Shown here one piece after another: positions 48,858-59,006 of a DNA stretch of 64,000 nt (position 1 is the stretch's first letter; each line of letters starts with the position of its first letter). The position numbers and the translations under genes are program-made. The stretch comes from an uncultured Collinsella sp. (lineage in GTDB: Bacteria > Actinomycetota > Coriobacteriia > Coriobacteriales > Coriobacteriaceae), in the NCBI GenBank assembly GCA_902493895.1, contig CABUQW010000003.1, positions 13,997-77,996 of the forward strand. The letters run 5' to 3'. The notes beneath the pieces are model-generated. The model searched no databases and was not told where the DNA came from. It was given only the letters and a program-made list of their open reading frames with translations.

Positions 48858-51335
48858 ATGGAATCGTTGTACCGAAAGTATCGCCCGCTCACCTTTGACT
48901 CCGTGGTGGGCCAGCAGCATATCGTCTCGACGCTCGAGCACGCCATCACCGAGGGGCGCCTGTCCCACGCCTACCTGTTCTGCGGACCGCGCGGCACGGG
49001 CAAGACCACCATGGCGCGCATTCTGGCCAAGGCGCTGCTGTGCCGCAATGCCGAGGCGGCGCGCGCCGAGGGTGCAAGCGGCTGCATGCCCGACGGTACT
49101 TGCGAGGAGTGCGAGCTCATTGCCGAGGGTAACCACCCCGATGTCTACGAGCTCGATGCCGCAAGCCGTACCGGCGTGGACAACGTGCGCGAGGAGATCA
49201 TCAACTCCGTCAACTTTGCCCCAGTGCGCGGCAAGTACAAGATTTATATCATCGACGAGGTCCACATGCTCACGACGGCGGCGTTCAACGCGCTGCTCAA
49301 GACGCTTGAGGAGCCGCCGGCACACGTGATCTTTGTGCTGTGCACCACCGACCCGCAAAAGATTCTGGAGACCATTCTCTCACGCTGCCAGCGCTTCGAT
49401 TTCCACCGCATCGGCAACGAGGATATCGAGCATCGCCTGTCTTACGTGTGCGAGCAGGAGGGCTTCGATTACGACGACGAGGCACTCGCCATTGTGGCGC
49501 GCCATGCCAAGGGCGGTATGCGCGACGCGCTTTCCACGCTGGAGCAGCTGAGCGTCTTTGGCAACGGTTCTGTGCATGCGGACGACGCCCGCTCGCTTTT
49601 GGGCGAGGTTTCGGACCAGATTCTGGGCGAGTTTTCCCGCGCCATTGCCGATCGCGATGTTGCCGAGCTCTATGGACTGATCCGTGCGCAGGTCGAGGAG
49701 GGCAATGACCTGCTGGAGCTGACGCGCGACCTGGTGGCGCATGTGCGCGACGTGTACGTTGCCTGCGTTGCCGGTGCCCGTGCCGAGCTGTTTGAGGGCG
49801 GCTCCGAGCAGGCCGAGGCGCTTGCTGCCGAGGCCGCTGCCTTTGGCGAGCATCCTGCCGACCGCCTGGCCCGCGTGCTGACGGTGCTCGACGATGCCGC
49901 ACTGGAGATGAGGGGCGCGAGCGACGTGCGCCTGGTGCTCGAGATTGCCTGCACGCGTCTGGCGCGTCCCGAGGCCGATTTAACGATTGAGGCATTGGCC
50001 GAGCGCGTGGCACGCCTGGAGGCCATGATTGCCAACGGCGCCGTGCCGGCGAGCGTGGCTGCTGCTCAGGCCGCCGCGCCTGCAGCATCCGTACCCGCTG
50101 CTGCCCAACAGCCGACGCTCATTTCGGGCGCTCGTGCTGCCGCTCCGGCGGCATCCGCTGCCCCCGCTGCTACGTCCGCGCGCCAGGGCGGTATGCCTTG
50201 GGACCGCGGCGCTGCTGTTCCGGCTGCCCAGCCTGCGACCAAGTCCGCGGCTCCTGCGCCGGCGCCCAGACCTGTAACGCCTGCACCTCAGCCCGTTGCG
50301 GCTCCGGCTTCCGCGCCTGCTGCATCGACCGTGTCGGTGTCCAAGCCCAACAACGCCGCCCAGGTTGCCGCCGCCGGTGCTGCCGAGACCCCCGCGGTTG
50401 AGGACGCCGGCGAGCTCCAGCGCAAATGGGCCGAGGTCGTCGAGCGCGTCAAGGCTCGTCAGGCCTCCTACGCAGGGCTTTTGCTCAACGCCCGCGCCAC
50501 GGCCGACGACGGCTCCGAGCTCACGGTCTCGTTCCCCGCGGGTTCGACTTTTGCCATCAAGATGCTCGGTCGCGCCGATACGCAGTCGGTGGTCCTGCCG
50601 ACGGTCTGCGCGGTCTTCGGTCGTCGTACCGTCGACTATGTCCTGGATGGGGGTGGCGCGCCGGCTCCTCAACATGAGGAGCATTCTCCATCTGCACGGG
50701 CTGCGGTATCTGCGGACCCGCAACCCGTGTCCTCGGTGCCCCCTGCATCCTCGAGCGCCAGCGCGACGCAGCCAAAAGCGGCGCCGGTAGCGGCACCGAC
50801 CCCGTCGGCGCCTGAACCCGCTGCGCCCAAACCGGCTGCTCCGATCCCCGCGCCCAAGTCCGCTGCCGCGCCTGCGCCCAAGTCATCCGACCTGGCCAAG
50901 GCCCCTTGGCTGCGCTCCGACAACCCTGCCGGTGCTCCTGCCACGGGCAAGCTCCCGACCGAGCCCGCGCCCCGAGCGCCCGAGCGCGCGTCCGTCCCCA
51001 TGGCTCAGCCGCCTGCGCAGGCTGCGCCATGGGAATCCGAGCAGGTGCCCTACGACGATGCTATGGTCGGTGGTTTTGCTGCCGATGCCGGCGGGGACGA
51101 TCTGCCCCCGTTCGACGTGCCGGGTGCGGCGTCCGCGACCAAGGCCGCTGCTGTGGCACCCGCAGCCTCTGCAAACGACGACGTCCCCGCCGCTCCCTGG
51201 GAATCCAATCCCGGTGCTGGCAGCCCCTTCGGCCATCAGGGCGCAGCCCCGAGCATCCCGCAGACCGAGGACGAGGCCAAGGCCCTCATCCGCAGCGTCT
51301 TTGGCCAGGCCACCATCTTCAAGCCGGTGGAGTAG
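48858..51335 (+). CDS. dnaX: DNA polymerase III subunit gamma/tau DnaX with a long Ala/Pro-rich C-terminal region
   Basis: MESLYRKYRPLTFDSVVGQ, GPRGTGKTT, IIDEVHML and SRCQRF motifs. ATG 48858 is chosen over the track start. Confidence 0.9.
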   Translation: MESLYRKYRPLTFDSVVGQQHIVSTLEHAITEGRLSHAYLFCGPRGTGKTTMARILAKALLCRNAEAARAEGASGCMPDGTCEECELIAEGNHPDVYELDAASRTGVDNVREEIINSVNFAPVRGKYKIYIIDEVHMLTTAAFNALLKTLEEPPAHVIFVLCTTDPQKILETILSRCQRFDFHRIGNEDIEHRLSYVCEQEGFDYDDEALAIVARHAKGGMRDALSTLEQLSVFGNGSVHADDARSLLGEVSDQILGEFSRAIADRDVAELYGLIRAQVEEGNDLLELTRDLVAHVRDVYVACVAGARAELFEGGSEQAEALAAEAAAFGEHPADRLARVLTVLDDAALEMRGASDVRLVLEIACTRLARPEADLTIEALAERVARLEAMIANGAVPASVAAAQAAAPAASVPAAAQQPTLISGARAAAPAASAAPAATSARQGGMPWDRGAAVPAAQPATKSAAPAPAPRPVTPAPQPVAAPASAPAASTVSVSKPNNAAQVAAAGAAETPAVEDAGELQRKWAEVVERVKARQASYAGLLLNARATADDGSELTVSFPAGSTFAIKMLGRADTQSVVLPTVCAVFGRRTVDYVLDGGGAPAPQHEEHSPSARAAVSADPQPVSSVPPASSSASATQPKAAPVAAPTPSAPEPAAPKPAAPIPAPKSAAAPAPKSSDLAKAPWLRSDNPAGAPATGKLPTEPAPRAPERASVPMAQPPAQAAPWESEQVPYDDAMVGGFAADAGGDDLPPFDVPGAASATKAAAVAPAASANDDVPAAPWESNPGAGSPFGHQGAAPSIPQTEDEAKALIRSVFGQATIFKPVE

Positions 51336-51356
51336 CTGCGCAGGCGGGTATACTGC

Positions 51357-51830
51357 TCAAGAAGAGGACCCCTTGTCCGGGCGCATCTGTATTTCGGACA
51401 TGTGTAGTGTGGTGCCGCGTATGTCGCATTTGAGCAGACAGGTGCGTGACGGTCGGCCTAGGATGCTGAGGTCGATACGATACGTCGCATGGCTGTCCGT
51501 GTACTCGACTTGCTCGGCGTTAATGGTTGCTCCGATTGCCAAATAAACGCCTAGCTCGGCATCGACAATCTTGAAGTCCTTTATCTTGACCTTGAACTCT
51601 TGATAGAGGGACGGGCTGTTGTAGTAGACGGTTCGGGTTCCGTCGGTGCACTCATCGGTCGTCTCCCATTTGACGACGGGCTGGTCCGAGCTGGCTATCA
51701 GCAGTTCTGCTCCAAAAGCTATGGCATGGGTGATGACAACCAGCAATGCCCAGCCGACAAAGAGATAGAGAACCACATATGCAACGGGGTGTTTTGAGCG
51801 GATGTTTTGGAGCGCGTTGGGGGCATTCAT
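51357..51830 (-). CDS. Hypothetical membrane-anchored protein
   Basis: ORF in an AT-richer patch with one N-terminal TM helix (VAYVVLYLFVGWALLVVITHAIAF). No family recognised. Confidence 0.5.
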   Translation of the reverse strand: MNAPNALQNIRSKHPVAYVVLYLFVGWALLVVITHAIAFGAELLIASSDQPVVKWETTDECTDGTRTVYYNSPSLYQEFKVKIKDFKIVDAELGVYLAIGATINAEQVEYTDSHATYRIDLSILGRPSRTCLLKCDIRGTTLHMSEIQMRPDKGSSS

Positions 51831-52169
51831 GGGGCACCTCCAAATTACTATCTATGGCAATCAAATTATACCCTGCCGCCATGTGCGCCGCCTCGAGCAG
51901 CGGTTCGGCATTTAGCTATTTAGTGGCGCACATGAAATGCCGGATTCGGCTCTACTAGATTGAGTGTGCGATATTATGCAACCTTGCATAATTCGACCTT
52001 GCATAATCTTTGAGTGCGGTTTGTATTGGAGGACATGTATATCGACTGAGGTAACACGTCCGCCCCGCTCTCTCGCCGCGCGCCGTGGTACGATTTTTGA
52101 GTTTGAAAGTCCCGCCGTGCTCCGGCTGCCCTTGCAGCTCGGCGTGCGGCCGCACGTAAAGGAGCCATC

Positions 52170-52490
52170 ATGGCCGGTATGAACATACAGCAGATGATGA
52201 AGCAGGCTCGCAAGATGCAGGAGCAGCTTGCCGCCGCGCAGGAGAACCTCAAGTCCCAGACCGTCGACGCCTCTGCCGGCGGCGGCATGGTCAAGGTGAC
52301 CGTTAACGGCGAGATGGAGCTCGTCAACCTCACCATCGATCCCGATGCCCTCGATCCCGAGGACGTCGATATGCTGCAGGATATGATCATGGCTGCCGTC
52401 AACGAGGCCGTCCGCGGCGTCAACGAGCTCGCCAACAAGCAGATGGGCGCCATCACCGGCGGCCTCAACATCCCGGGCATGCCGTTCTAA
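52170..52490 (+). CDS. ybaB: Nucleoid-associated protein YbaB/EbfC
   Basis: Typical translation ([27 protein letters not shown]). dnaX-ybaB-recR synteny. Confidence 0.9.
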   Translation: MAGMNIQQMMKQARKMQEQLAAAQENLKSQTVDASAGGGMVKVTVNGEMELVNLTIDPDALDPEDVDMLQDMIMAAVNEAVRGVNELANKQMGAITGGLNIPGMPF

Positions 52491-52503
52491 GACACGCATA
52501 TAT

Positions 52504-53100
52504 ATGAGTGCGAATCACAGTCTGCAAAAACTGCTCGATGAGCTGGGCCGTCTGCCGGGCATTGGTCCCAAGTCGGCCCAGCGCATCGCCTATTACCTGC
52601 TCGAGGCCGATGCCGAGGAGGCCCGCCGCTTGGCCGAGGCCATCTTGGAGGTTAAGCAGGAGGTTCACTTTTGCAGCCGCTGCTTTAACTACGCCACGGC
52701 CGACGAGTGCTCCATCTGCCAGGACTCGATGCGCGATACCACTCGCATTTGCGTGGTGGGCGAGCCGCGCGACGTCCAGGCAATCGAGCGCACGGGCAGC
52801 TACCATGGCCTGTACCATGTGCTGGGCGGCGTGATCAGCCCCATGGACAAGATTGGTCCCGAGCAGTTGCACATCCGCGAGCTGCTGGCGCGTCTGGGCC
52901 ACGAGGATATCCATGAGGTCATCATCGCCACCAACCCCAATATTGAGGGCGAGACCACGGCGAGCTACCTGGCCCGCACTATCAAGCCGCTGGGCGTCGA
53001 GGTGTCGCGTCTGGCGAGCGGCCTGCCCGTGGGCGGCGACCTGGAGTATGCCGACGAGCTTACGCTTGGCCGCGCCATTGAGGCCCGTCGCGCGATTTAG
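52504..53100 (+). CDS. recR: Recombination protein RecR
   Basis: [13 protein letters not shown] helix-hairpin-helix, a Cys4 zinc finger (CSRCFN..CSIC) and a Toprim domain. Confidence 0.95.
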   Translation: MSANHSLQKLLDELGRLPGIGPKSAQRIAYYLLEADAEEARRLAEAILEVKQEVHFCSRCFNYATADECSICQDSMRDTTRICVVGEPRDVQAIERTGSYHGLYHVLGGVISPMDKIGPEQLHIRELLARLGHEDIHEVIIATNPNIEGETTASYLARTIKPLGVEVSRLASGLPVGGDLEYADELTLGRAIEARRAI

Positions 53101-53345
53101 GTGGCGAGCCTGCCCCTGCCGTATGTTTTCCTCGCGACGCACGGGGTAGTCATAATTTCCCCGAGCGACTGTGGGTTTGTTGTGCAACAAAGATGCTTCG
53201 TATCCGCTTATCGCATGGATGCTTCCGCTCGCATCCTTAATTTGCCCATTCGTTGCGCAACCTTTTGGGTTCGCTGATACACTCAAATATGGATTCGAAT
53301 GAATGCGCCGCTCCCGAGCGGCGTGTTTTTGTTGGAGGAGAACGC

Positions 53346-54251
53346 ATGCGGCCCGGTGGCACTCAGACAAAGCGCGGCGCCGCGGTGCGCATGCGACGCC
53401 GGCTGGGCCTGGCGCCTCGGGCGTACGCGCTGCTGTCGTGCTCGCTGGTGCTGGTCATAGCTGGCGTTTCTGCCTATGGCATGACCGTGCCGTCCATGAT
53501 GCAAGCGCATGCCGCACGCGAACCGCGCGTGGGGCATGAGGTCAAAAGTGACCTAGGTACCACGACTGGATATGCTTGGGCAAGTGTGGTCGCGCATATT
53601 GTGTTTGGCACCGACGACGCGGACGGCGCCGAGGCCCCGGACAACGAAGTCACGCTTGCCAATGGCAAAACCATCGTGCTCACCAACACCAAGATCATCG
53701 ATCGGTTGTCCAACAATAGCGTGGCGGCAACGGTGAATAAAGTCGAGCAGCAAAAGGAGCAGGACGCCCAGCAGTCCGGAAAGCCCGGTAGCTCGGATAC
53801 TTCTGGCTCCGGCTCGGATTCATCGAGTTCGGGCGGCGGCTCTGGGGCGGGTTCCTCTACCGGAGGGTCTGGAAACGGCGGCTCGACGGGCGGCAACACT
53901 GACAACGATGCAAACTCCGGTGGCCTTTCCGCTGCTGAGGAAGAGAGCATTCACAGTTGGCTTGTGACCAAGTACAACATGCTCGACGGCTATGTTTCTC
54001 GTGCCAATGACGTGGTCTCGACCTATAACTCTACGGGAGATCCCAGGCCGTGCGACAGCCTGGTCGGGGAGATGTTTGTCATTCGAGCCGAGTTCGGTCG
54101 TCAGACATTCTCGCCCCGGTCAAAGTGGTATCAGCAGTATGCCAATCTGTGGGGCTGTTACACCAACCTATGCCAATGGGTCGGCCATTACGGCGATGAT
54201 GACGTCGCGCTCGGTAACTTCAACAATAACGTGGCGGCGCTTGCCCTATGA
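53346..54251 (+). CDS. Hypothetical membrane-anchored/secreted protein with a Gly/Ser-rich linker
   Basis: ATG 53346 is preceded by GGAGGAG. It has a signal-anchor (ALLSCSLVLVIAGVSAYG), and its stop overlaps the kinase start (ATGA). Confidence 0.55.
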   Translation: MRPGGTQTKRGAAVRMRRRLGLAPRAYALLSCSLVLVIAGVSAYGMTVPSMMQAHAAREPRVGHEVKSDLGTTTGYAWASVVAHIVFGTDDADGAEAPDNEVTLANGKTIVLTNTKIIDRLSNNSVAATVNKVEQQKEQDAQQSGKPGSSDTSGSGSDSSSSGGGSGAGSSTGGSGNGGSTGGNTDNDANSGGLSAAEEESIHSWLVTKYNMLDGYVSRANDVVSTYNSTGDPRPCDSLVGEMFVIRAEFGRQTFSPRSKWYQQYANLWGCYTNLCQWVGHYGDDDVALGNFNNNVAALAL

Positions 54252-56092
54252 TGACCGATCTTGCATCCACCACACCACAATCGCTCGGTCGCGATCCCAT
54301 GGTCGGCCTGCGCCTGGCGCGTGTCGACGGGTTTGAGCCGGCCATTGCGCTCGGTCAGGACGAGCTGCCTGCCTATCTGCGTCGTTTTACGATGCTGTTT
54401 GCCGACGATGCCACCATGCGCCGTGGCGGTATCGGCCGCGTGACGCGTGCCGTCAACGCCCAAGGCGAGGCCGTGGCACTCAAGCAGCTCATCTTGCCGA
54501 CGCGCGATGAGTTTGACGACGATGCCGCTCACGAGGCGCTGGTCGCCAAGTTCAAGGCGGCGTTTCGCGAGGAATACGAATGCCATCGCGCCCTTTCGGG
54601 CCTTAAGGGCTTTCCCCGCCTCTATGGCTGGGGCGAGGTCGACGGTGTGCCTGCAATTGTCATGGAATGGGTCGAGGGCGAGACGCTTGCCCGCTTGCGT
54701 TCGCGACTTGCCGTGGACGATGCCGGACGCCTGTCGCCGCTTGTGGCGGCGCGTCTGGGTCGCGACCTGTTCGATCTGCTCTGCCGTATGAGCCTGGTGG
54801 GCGAGGGCTTTGTCCATCGCGATATCTCGCCCGCTAATATTATGGTGCGCACGGCGCGTCTACCGCTTGACCGGCAGCTTGCCGAGGGCACCTTTGACCT
54901 GTGCCTGATCGACTTTGGCTCGTCACTGGCGCTTGAGCCTGCGTCGGCCGTGGTTAGTACCGGCGGCAAGGCGTCGTTTACGGAGCGTTATGCCACGCTG
55001 CGTCGCGCGACGGTTGCCTACGCCCCGCCCGAGATGCTCACCGACGATATTCCCGACCTGCGCGCTTTGCGTATGTCGCCGGCGATTGACGTTTATGCCG
55101 CGGCAAGCACGGTTTACGAGCTCATTGCCGGCGTCGTGCCATACGAAGCCGCGCCGAGCACTTCGGGCACCTCGGGTTCGCGCAAAAAGACGCGCGACAT
55201 CGCGAGCCCCTACCGTCTCAAGATGGACATGCGGCCCGACTATCCCATTGGTGCCCATGCGCCCGGTTGCGATTTGACTCAGCTGCTTCGTCGTGAGCCC
55301 GATGTGGCGCTCGCCGCGGCCGAGCAGGCCCAGCAGCTAGGGCTTGAGCCGGATTCCGAAGAGCTACGCGATGCGCTGGCGTTTGTCGATACCCAGCTGT
55401 TCGACGTGGTGATGGCCTGTCTGTCCAGCCATCAAAAAGATCGTCCCGAGCCGGCGGCGGTCGAGGCGGCGCTCTCGGCGTTTTGTGACCACTATGCGCA
55501 AAATGTCGGCCGTTCGCTCCGCGGCGAGCCGCTCACGCCGTGCCCCATGGATGCGTCTGGCCGCGCGGTTCGTCGCGCGCTGATGGTCGGCGCGACGGTC
55601 GTCTGTGGCGTGGTTTGGGCTGTGATCGTGGTTTCGGCCGCGCTGCTGGCGTCGGGCGCTCGCGTGACGGCGACTTTGGGATCGCTCGTGTGGTCTGGGT
55701 CGCTACCGGGTATTATTGCCGCACTGGCGTTGGCGCTGCCAGGCATAGCCGGCGTTGCCGCGGGGGCGCTTGCGCGCGATCGGCGCTCGGGCTTCCTGCA
55801 GGGTGTGCTTGCGCTTTCTGCCTGCGAGGTTCCGGTGCTGGTTGTGGCTGCATGTAGCGTATTTTCCCAACGCGCCGTGATGGGCGGCCTTGTTGCCGCT
55901 CTGGTTGCAACCTATACGCTTACGTGGTTTTTGCTTGCGATGGGCTTTGCCTTTGAACTTCCCGTTTCGGCACCACGACGCACAAAAGCCCAGATGGCGA
56001 CTCCGCTTGCCGGTGGAGCCGCAGCTGCCCGTACTTTTGGCGGACCTGTCGAAGTATCGTCCGATTCTATTTCTACGACCAAGGAGGCCTAG
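54248..56092 (+). CDS. Ser/Thr protein kinase with C-terminal multi-TM region
   Basis: Kinase motifs (GGIGRVTRAV, VALKQL, HRDISPANIM, DFGSS, APPE) followed by about 4-5 hydrophobic helices. Confidence 0.8.
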   Translation: MMTDLASTTPQSLGRDPMVGLRLARVDGFEPAIALGQDELPAYLRRFTMLFADDATMRRGGIGRVTRAVNAQGEAVALKQLILPTRDEFDDDAAHEALVAKFKAAFREEYECHRALSGLKGFPRLYGWGEVDGVPAIVMEWVEGETLARLRSRLAVDDAGRLSPLVAARLGRDLFDLLCRMSLVGEGFVHRDISPANIMVRTARLPLDRQLAEGTFDLCLIDFGSSLALEPASAVVSTGGKASFTERYATLRRATVAYAPPEMLTDDIPDLRALRMSPAIDVYAAASTVYELIAGVVPYEAAPSTSGTSGSRKKTRDIASPYRLKMDMRPDYPIGAHAPGCDLTQLLRREPDVALAAAEQAQQLGLEPDSEELRDALAFVDTQLFDVVMACLSSHQKDRPEPAAVEAALSAFCDHYAQNVGRSLRGEPLTPCPMDASGRAVRRALMVGATVVCGVVWAVIVVSAALLASGARVTATLGSLVWSGSLPGIIAALALALPGIAGVAAGALARDRRSGFLQGVLALSACEVPVLVVAACSVFSQRAVMGGLVAALVATYTLTWFLLAMGFAFELPVSAPRRTKAQMATPLAGGAAAARTFGGPVEVSSDSISTTKEA

Positions 56093-56095
56093 GTC

Positions 56096-57034
56096 ATGGC
56101 ATCTCAAGTTGAGCTCACCCCATGCGGGGCTATGTTTGACATCTTTAAGCGCGCGGCGCATCTGAGCCATATCGAGCTGTGCGGCTTGGTGCTTTCGTCC
56201 CGTCCGCTCGCCGACGGCCGCAGCCCGCAGAGCCGAGCCGCCGATCGCTCTTGGGTTTCCCGCTTTATCGTTCGCGCGCCGGTCGGCACGCTTCAGCAGC
56301 GCTACTTTGCCGAATACGGTACCTCGGCTGCGCGCATTATGTCGCAACTGGCCCTGCGCCAGCGAAATCCCATGGACTCCACGGCTGTGATCAATATGGT
56401 GTGCGGTCCTGCAGGTGAACCGATGGTACGCGCGCTCGAAGAGTGCCACCAGGACACGAATCTCTATCGCAACGCGCTCGATCGCCTGTCCCAGGCGGCG
56501 GAACTCATGCCCGCCGAGCGCGCCGAGGCCGTGCTGGTGCTGTTTGTCGCCGTCGGTTGTTCGGCGGATGTGCGGTCCTCGGTGAACTATGCCATCGACT
56601 ACGCACACGCGACCTGTGGCGGAGGCACATCCACGCCGCGTTCGCTTGGCATGTCGCTGACTGCGGGCGAACGCGAACCCGCCCCGGCGCACCCCTTGGG
56701 CTTGCTGCGCGTGCAAAACAGTTTTGTCGTGAGCGCCCCGCGCTGGATTCAGCCGAGTGAGCAGGGTGTTGAGATTGGCGCGCTGGCCACTGGTGAGGGC
56801 GATATTACCGACGTCGGCGACGATGTCTCGGCCCGCCATGCCCATATCTGGTGCGATGCTCAAAATATCTGGCACGTCGAGGACTTGTCGTCCACCAACG
56901 GAACCGTGGTGGTAAACGGGGCCACGAGTGTGTGTATTCAAGTAGAGCCCGGCCGCTCCGCCCAGCTCAACCCCGGCGACGAGCTCAAACTCGGCGAATC
57001 CACCACCTACGCCATCCTCTTCGGTGCTCTCTAG
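56096..57034 (+). CDS. FHA-domain protein with an unrecognised ~200 aa N-terminal domain
   Basis: C-terminal FHA (SARHAHIW..WHVEDLSSTNGTVVNG). AAGGAGG lies upstream, and the gene starts 4 nt after the kinase stop. Confidence 0.8.
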   Translation: MASQVELTPCGAMFDIFKRAAHLSHIELCGLVLSSRPLADGRSPQSRAADRSWVSRFIVRAPVGTLQQRYFAEYGTSAARIMSQLALRQRNPMDSTAVINMVCGPAGEPMVRALEECHQDTNLYRNALDRLSQAAELMPAERAEAVLVLFVAVGCSADVRSSVNYAIDYAHATCGGGTSTPRSLGMSLTAGEREPAPAHPLGLLRVQNSFVVSAPRWIQPSEQGVEIGALATGEGDITDVGDDVSARHAHIWCDAQNIWHVEDLSSTNGTVVVNGATSVCIQVEPGRSAQLNPGDELKLGESTTYAILFGAL

Positions 57035-57164
57035 CCAACCCCTCGATAAGTTGCGGTGAAATAGTTCTTGTTTAAGGCTGCGAACAGCAAAAAGGCGACA
57101 AAAGGCAAAGGATTTGGTGGGTGTAAAACGAGGTCGTTTGCGGGCGGACGCTCCAATCTATTGT

Positions 57165-57208
57165 GGCAATCGGGCGGTTGAAAAAGATATTTCAACCGCC
57201 CGATTGCC
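57165..57208. terminator. Perfect 19 bp-arm hairpin downstream of the FHA gene
   Basis: GGCAATCGGGCGGTTGAAA-N6-TTTCAACCGCCCGATTGCC. Confidence 0.55.
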
Positions 57209-57353
57209 AGATTCGTCGGAGGAGATGTCCGATTCCGACTCTCTTGTAGGAAGAACTTGAGATCGTATTGGCCCAAGGCAATCTAAAGCAGTCTCATTGG
57301 CAAATCTTCGCTCCTGTTGTGTTGAGGTGTAAGGTATCAGTGATTGATGTTTT

Positions 57354-59006
57354 GTGGCGGGTAGATTGGGGCCTTCCTTGATTCGATGCGTTCTCTCGAG
57401 GTTCATCAGAGCAAAAGGGGCTTTCGTCTTCATTGCTATCACGGTGATTGGAACCGCTCTCTCCTATGCCATGCCATACGTGAACGGGAAATTCTTAGAT
57501 TTTCTTCTTGGTAACCGCAGCGAAAGAGACGCCGTACTCTTCGCGCTCCTGGTTGCGTCAATAGGAGTTTTCTCCACCCTCTTTACTTATTTTGCAGGAA
57601 CACTTTCCATTCGCATAACCACGAGACTTTCCTTTGATCTTCTCAGGGAGGCCGTCTTGCGTTTTGAAAGAGACGATTACTTGGTGAGTCGGACCATCGA
57701 TCCAGCCTATACAACGCAACGGATTATTTCCGACTCCAGCGTGGTCTCATCCTTCGTTTTGGCGAATTTTATCAGTGCGCCGCTGTCCATTGTAGCCATT
57801 CCCATCGTATTGCTTATCATATGGTCAATTGATTCAACTCTCGCGGTGTTTTCCATCATTCTCCTCATCGTGTATTTCTGTGTAATTACTGGGTTGAGGA
57901 AACTTTTGTATAGGGTCACGTATGAGAAGAAAGAGGCGGACAGCGCCTTTTACGCCGCAATTGCATCGCAGCTTAATCAGATTCTCAACATTCAACTGAC
58001 ATCTTCGTACGGCAAGAGCGAACAAGCGCTCGACGCTGGGTTTAAGAGCTATTTTCCCAAAGTTTTGCGCTCCGGAAAGCTATCATATTCTCTGACATCG
58101 CTCGATGGTCTTTTCGCAGCGTTGTTTCAAGCGGTGATACTTGTTGTTTCCGGAGTACGAATCATTAACGGAACTATGTCAATAGGCGAGTACACTATCA
58201 TCGGTACATACTTCGCGGTTCTCTTTAAGACTTTGAAAAGTATGATGTCATTGTTCAAATCCTATCAAGATGCCAAAGCATCATGGGATAGGACGGCTAT
58301 CGCGACGAGAGAAAAGGAGAGATCGGGGTGGAATCGGACCGATTTAGCTAAACTCGATGAAATAAATGACATTTCGGTATCTGATTTGGAATTCTCGGTT
58401 GCCCTTCCAGACGGATCTGTCCGAGAGGTCCTCGGCGGGTTTTCTTTCAAGTTTTCCGGTCCTGGTACATATTGCATAGTTGGGGAAAACGGAAGAGGCA
58501 AGACGTCACTTCTTTACTTGATGCTCGGGCTATACTCATCGAAAGGCAAAGTAAAATACAACGGTGTGCCAATCGAAGAATGCGACTTGGATTACATACG
58601 TGCGAGAGAGATATCGTGCTGCCCACAGTCGTGCTTCGCGCCGGACGAAACGGTGAAAGAGCTGTTAGAGTATTTCGACACGCCCTTTTCTTCCTATCAC
58701 CGGGGTGTAGATGGCCTACTTTCGCTGGAAAACAGCGTGAAGGAGTTGCTCGGGAAACGTTGCTCCGCGCTTTCGGGCGGTGAGCTGCGCCGAGTGTACT
58801 TATGGTCGGCGATTTCACGCAAGTCGTCAGTTTTGGTACTCGACGAGCCCACGACTGGGTTAGACGCTGTAAGCCGCGCCGAGCTTGCGGCCTATGTTAA
58901 GCGCAACAAGCAAAGCCAGCTGATCATCGTTGTCTCTCACGATGAAGAGATAGTCGGCGCGGTAGAAGGGGTAGTGGATTTAGACAGCATGTACCAGGGT
59001 AAATGA
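57354..59006 (+). CDS. ABC exporter, fused permease + ATPase (no recognisable peptidase domain)
   Basis: Low-GC ORF with an N-terminal 5-6 TM domain, then Walker A GENGRGKTS, signature LSGGE and Walker B VLVLDEPT. The start codon is uncertain. Confidence 0.8.
   Translation: MAGRLGPSLIRCVLSRFIRAKGAFVFIAITVIGTALSYAMPYVNGKFLDFLLGNRSERDAVLFALLVASIGVFSTLFTYFAGTLSIRITTRLSFDLLREAVLRFERDDYLVSRTIDPAYTTQRIISDSSVVSSFVLANFISAPLSIVAIPIVLLIIWSIDSTLAVFSIILLIVYFCVITGLRKLLYRVTYEKKEADSAFYAAIASQLNQILNIQLTSSYGKSEQALDAGFKSYFPKVLRSGKLSYSLTSLDGLFAALFQAVILVVSGVRIINGTMSIGEYTIIGTYFAVLFKTLKSMMSLFKSYQDAKASWDRTAIATREKERSGWNRTDLAKLDEINDISVSDLEFSVALPDGSVREVLGGFSFKFSGPGTYCIVGENGRGKTSLLYLMLGLYSSKGKVKYNGVPIEECDLDYIRAREISCCPQSCFAPDETVKELLEYFDTPFSSYHRGVDGLLSLENSVKELLGKRCSALSGGELRRVYLWSAISRKSSVLVLDEPTTGLDAVSRAELAAYVKRNKQSQLIIVVSHDEEIVGAVEGVVDLDSMYQGK

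Noticed and set aside
48858-51335. Programmed -1 frameshift site in dnaX (the gamma/tau mechanism, as in E. coli A AAA AAG).
   Set aside because: Reading through the gene, I saw no A-run of five or more and no comparable slippery heptamer. The long Ala/Pro-rich tail looks like a plain tau-type extension.
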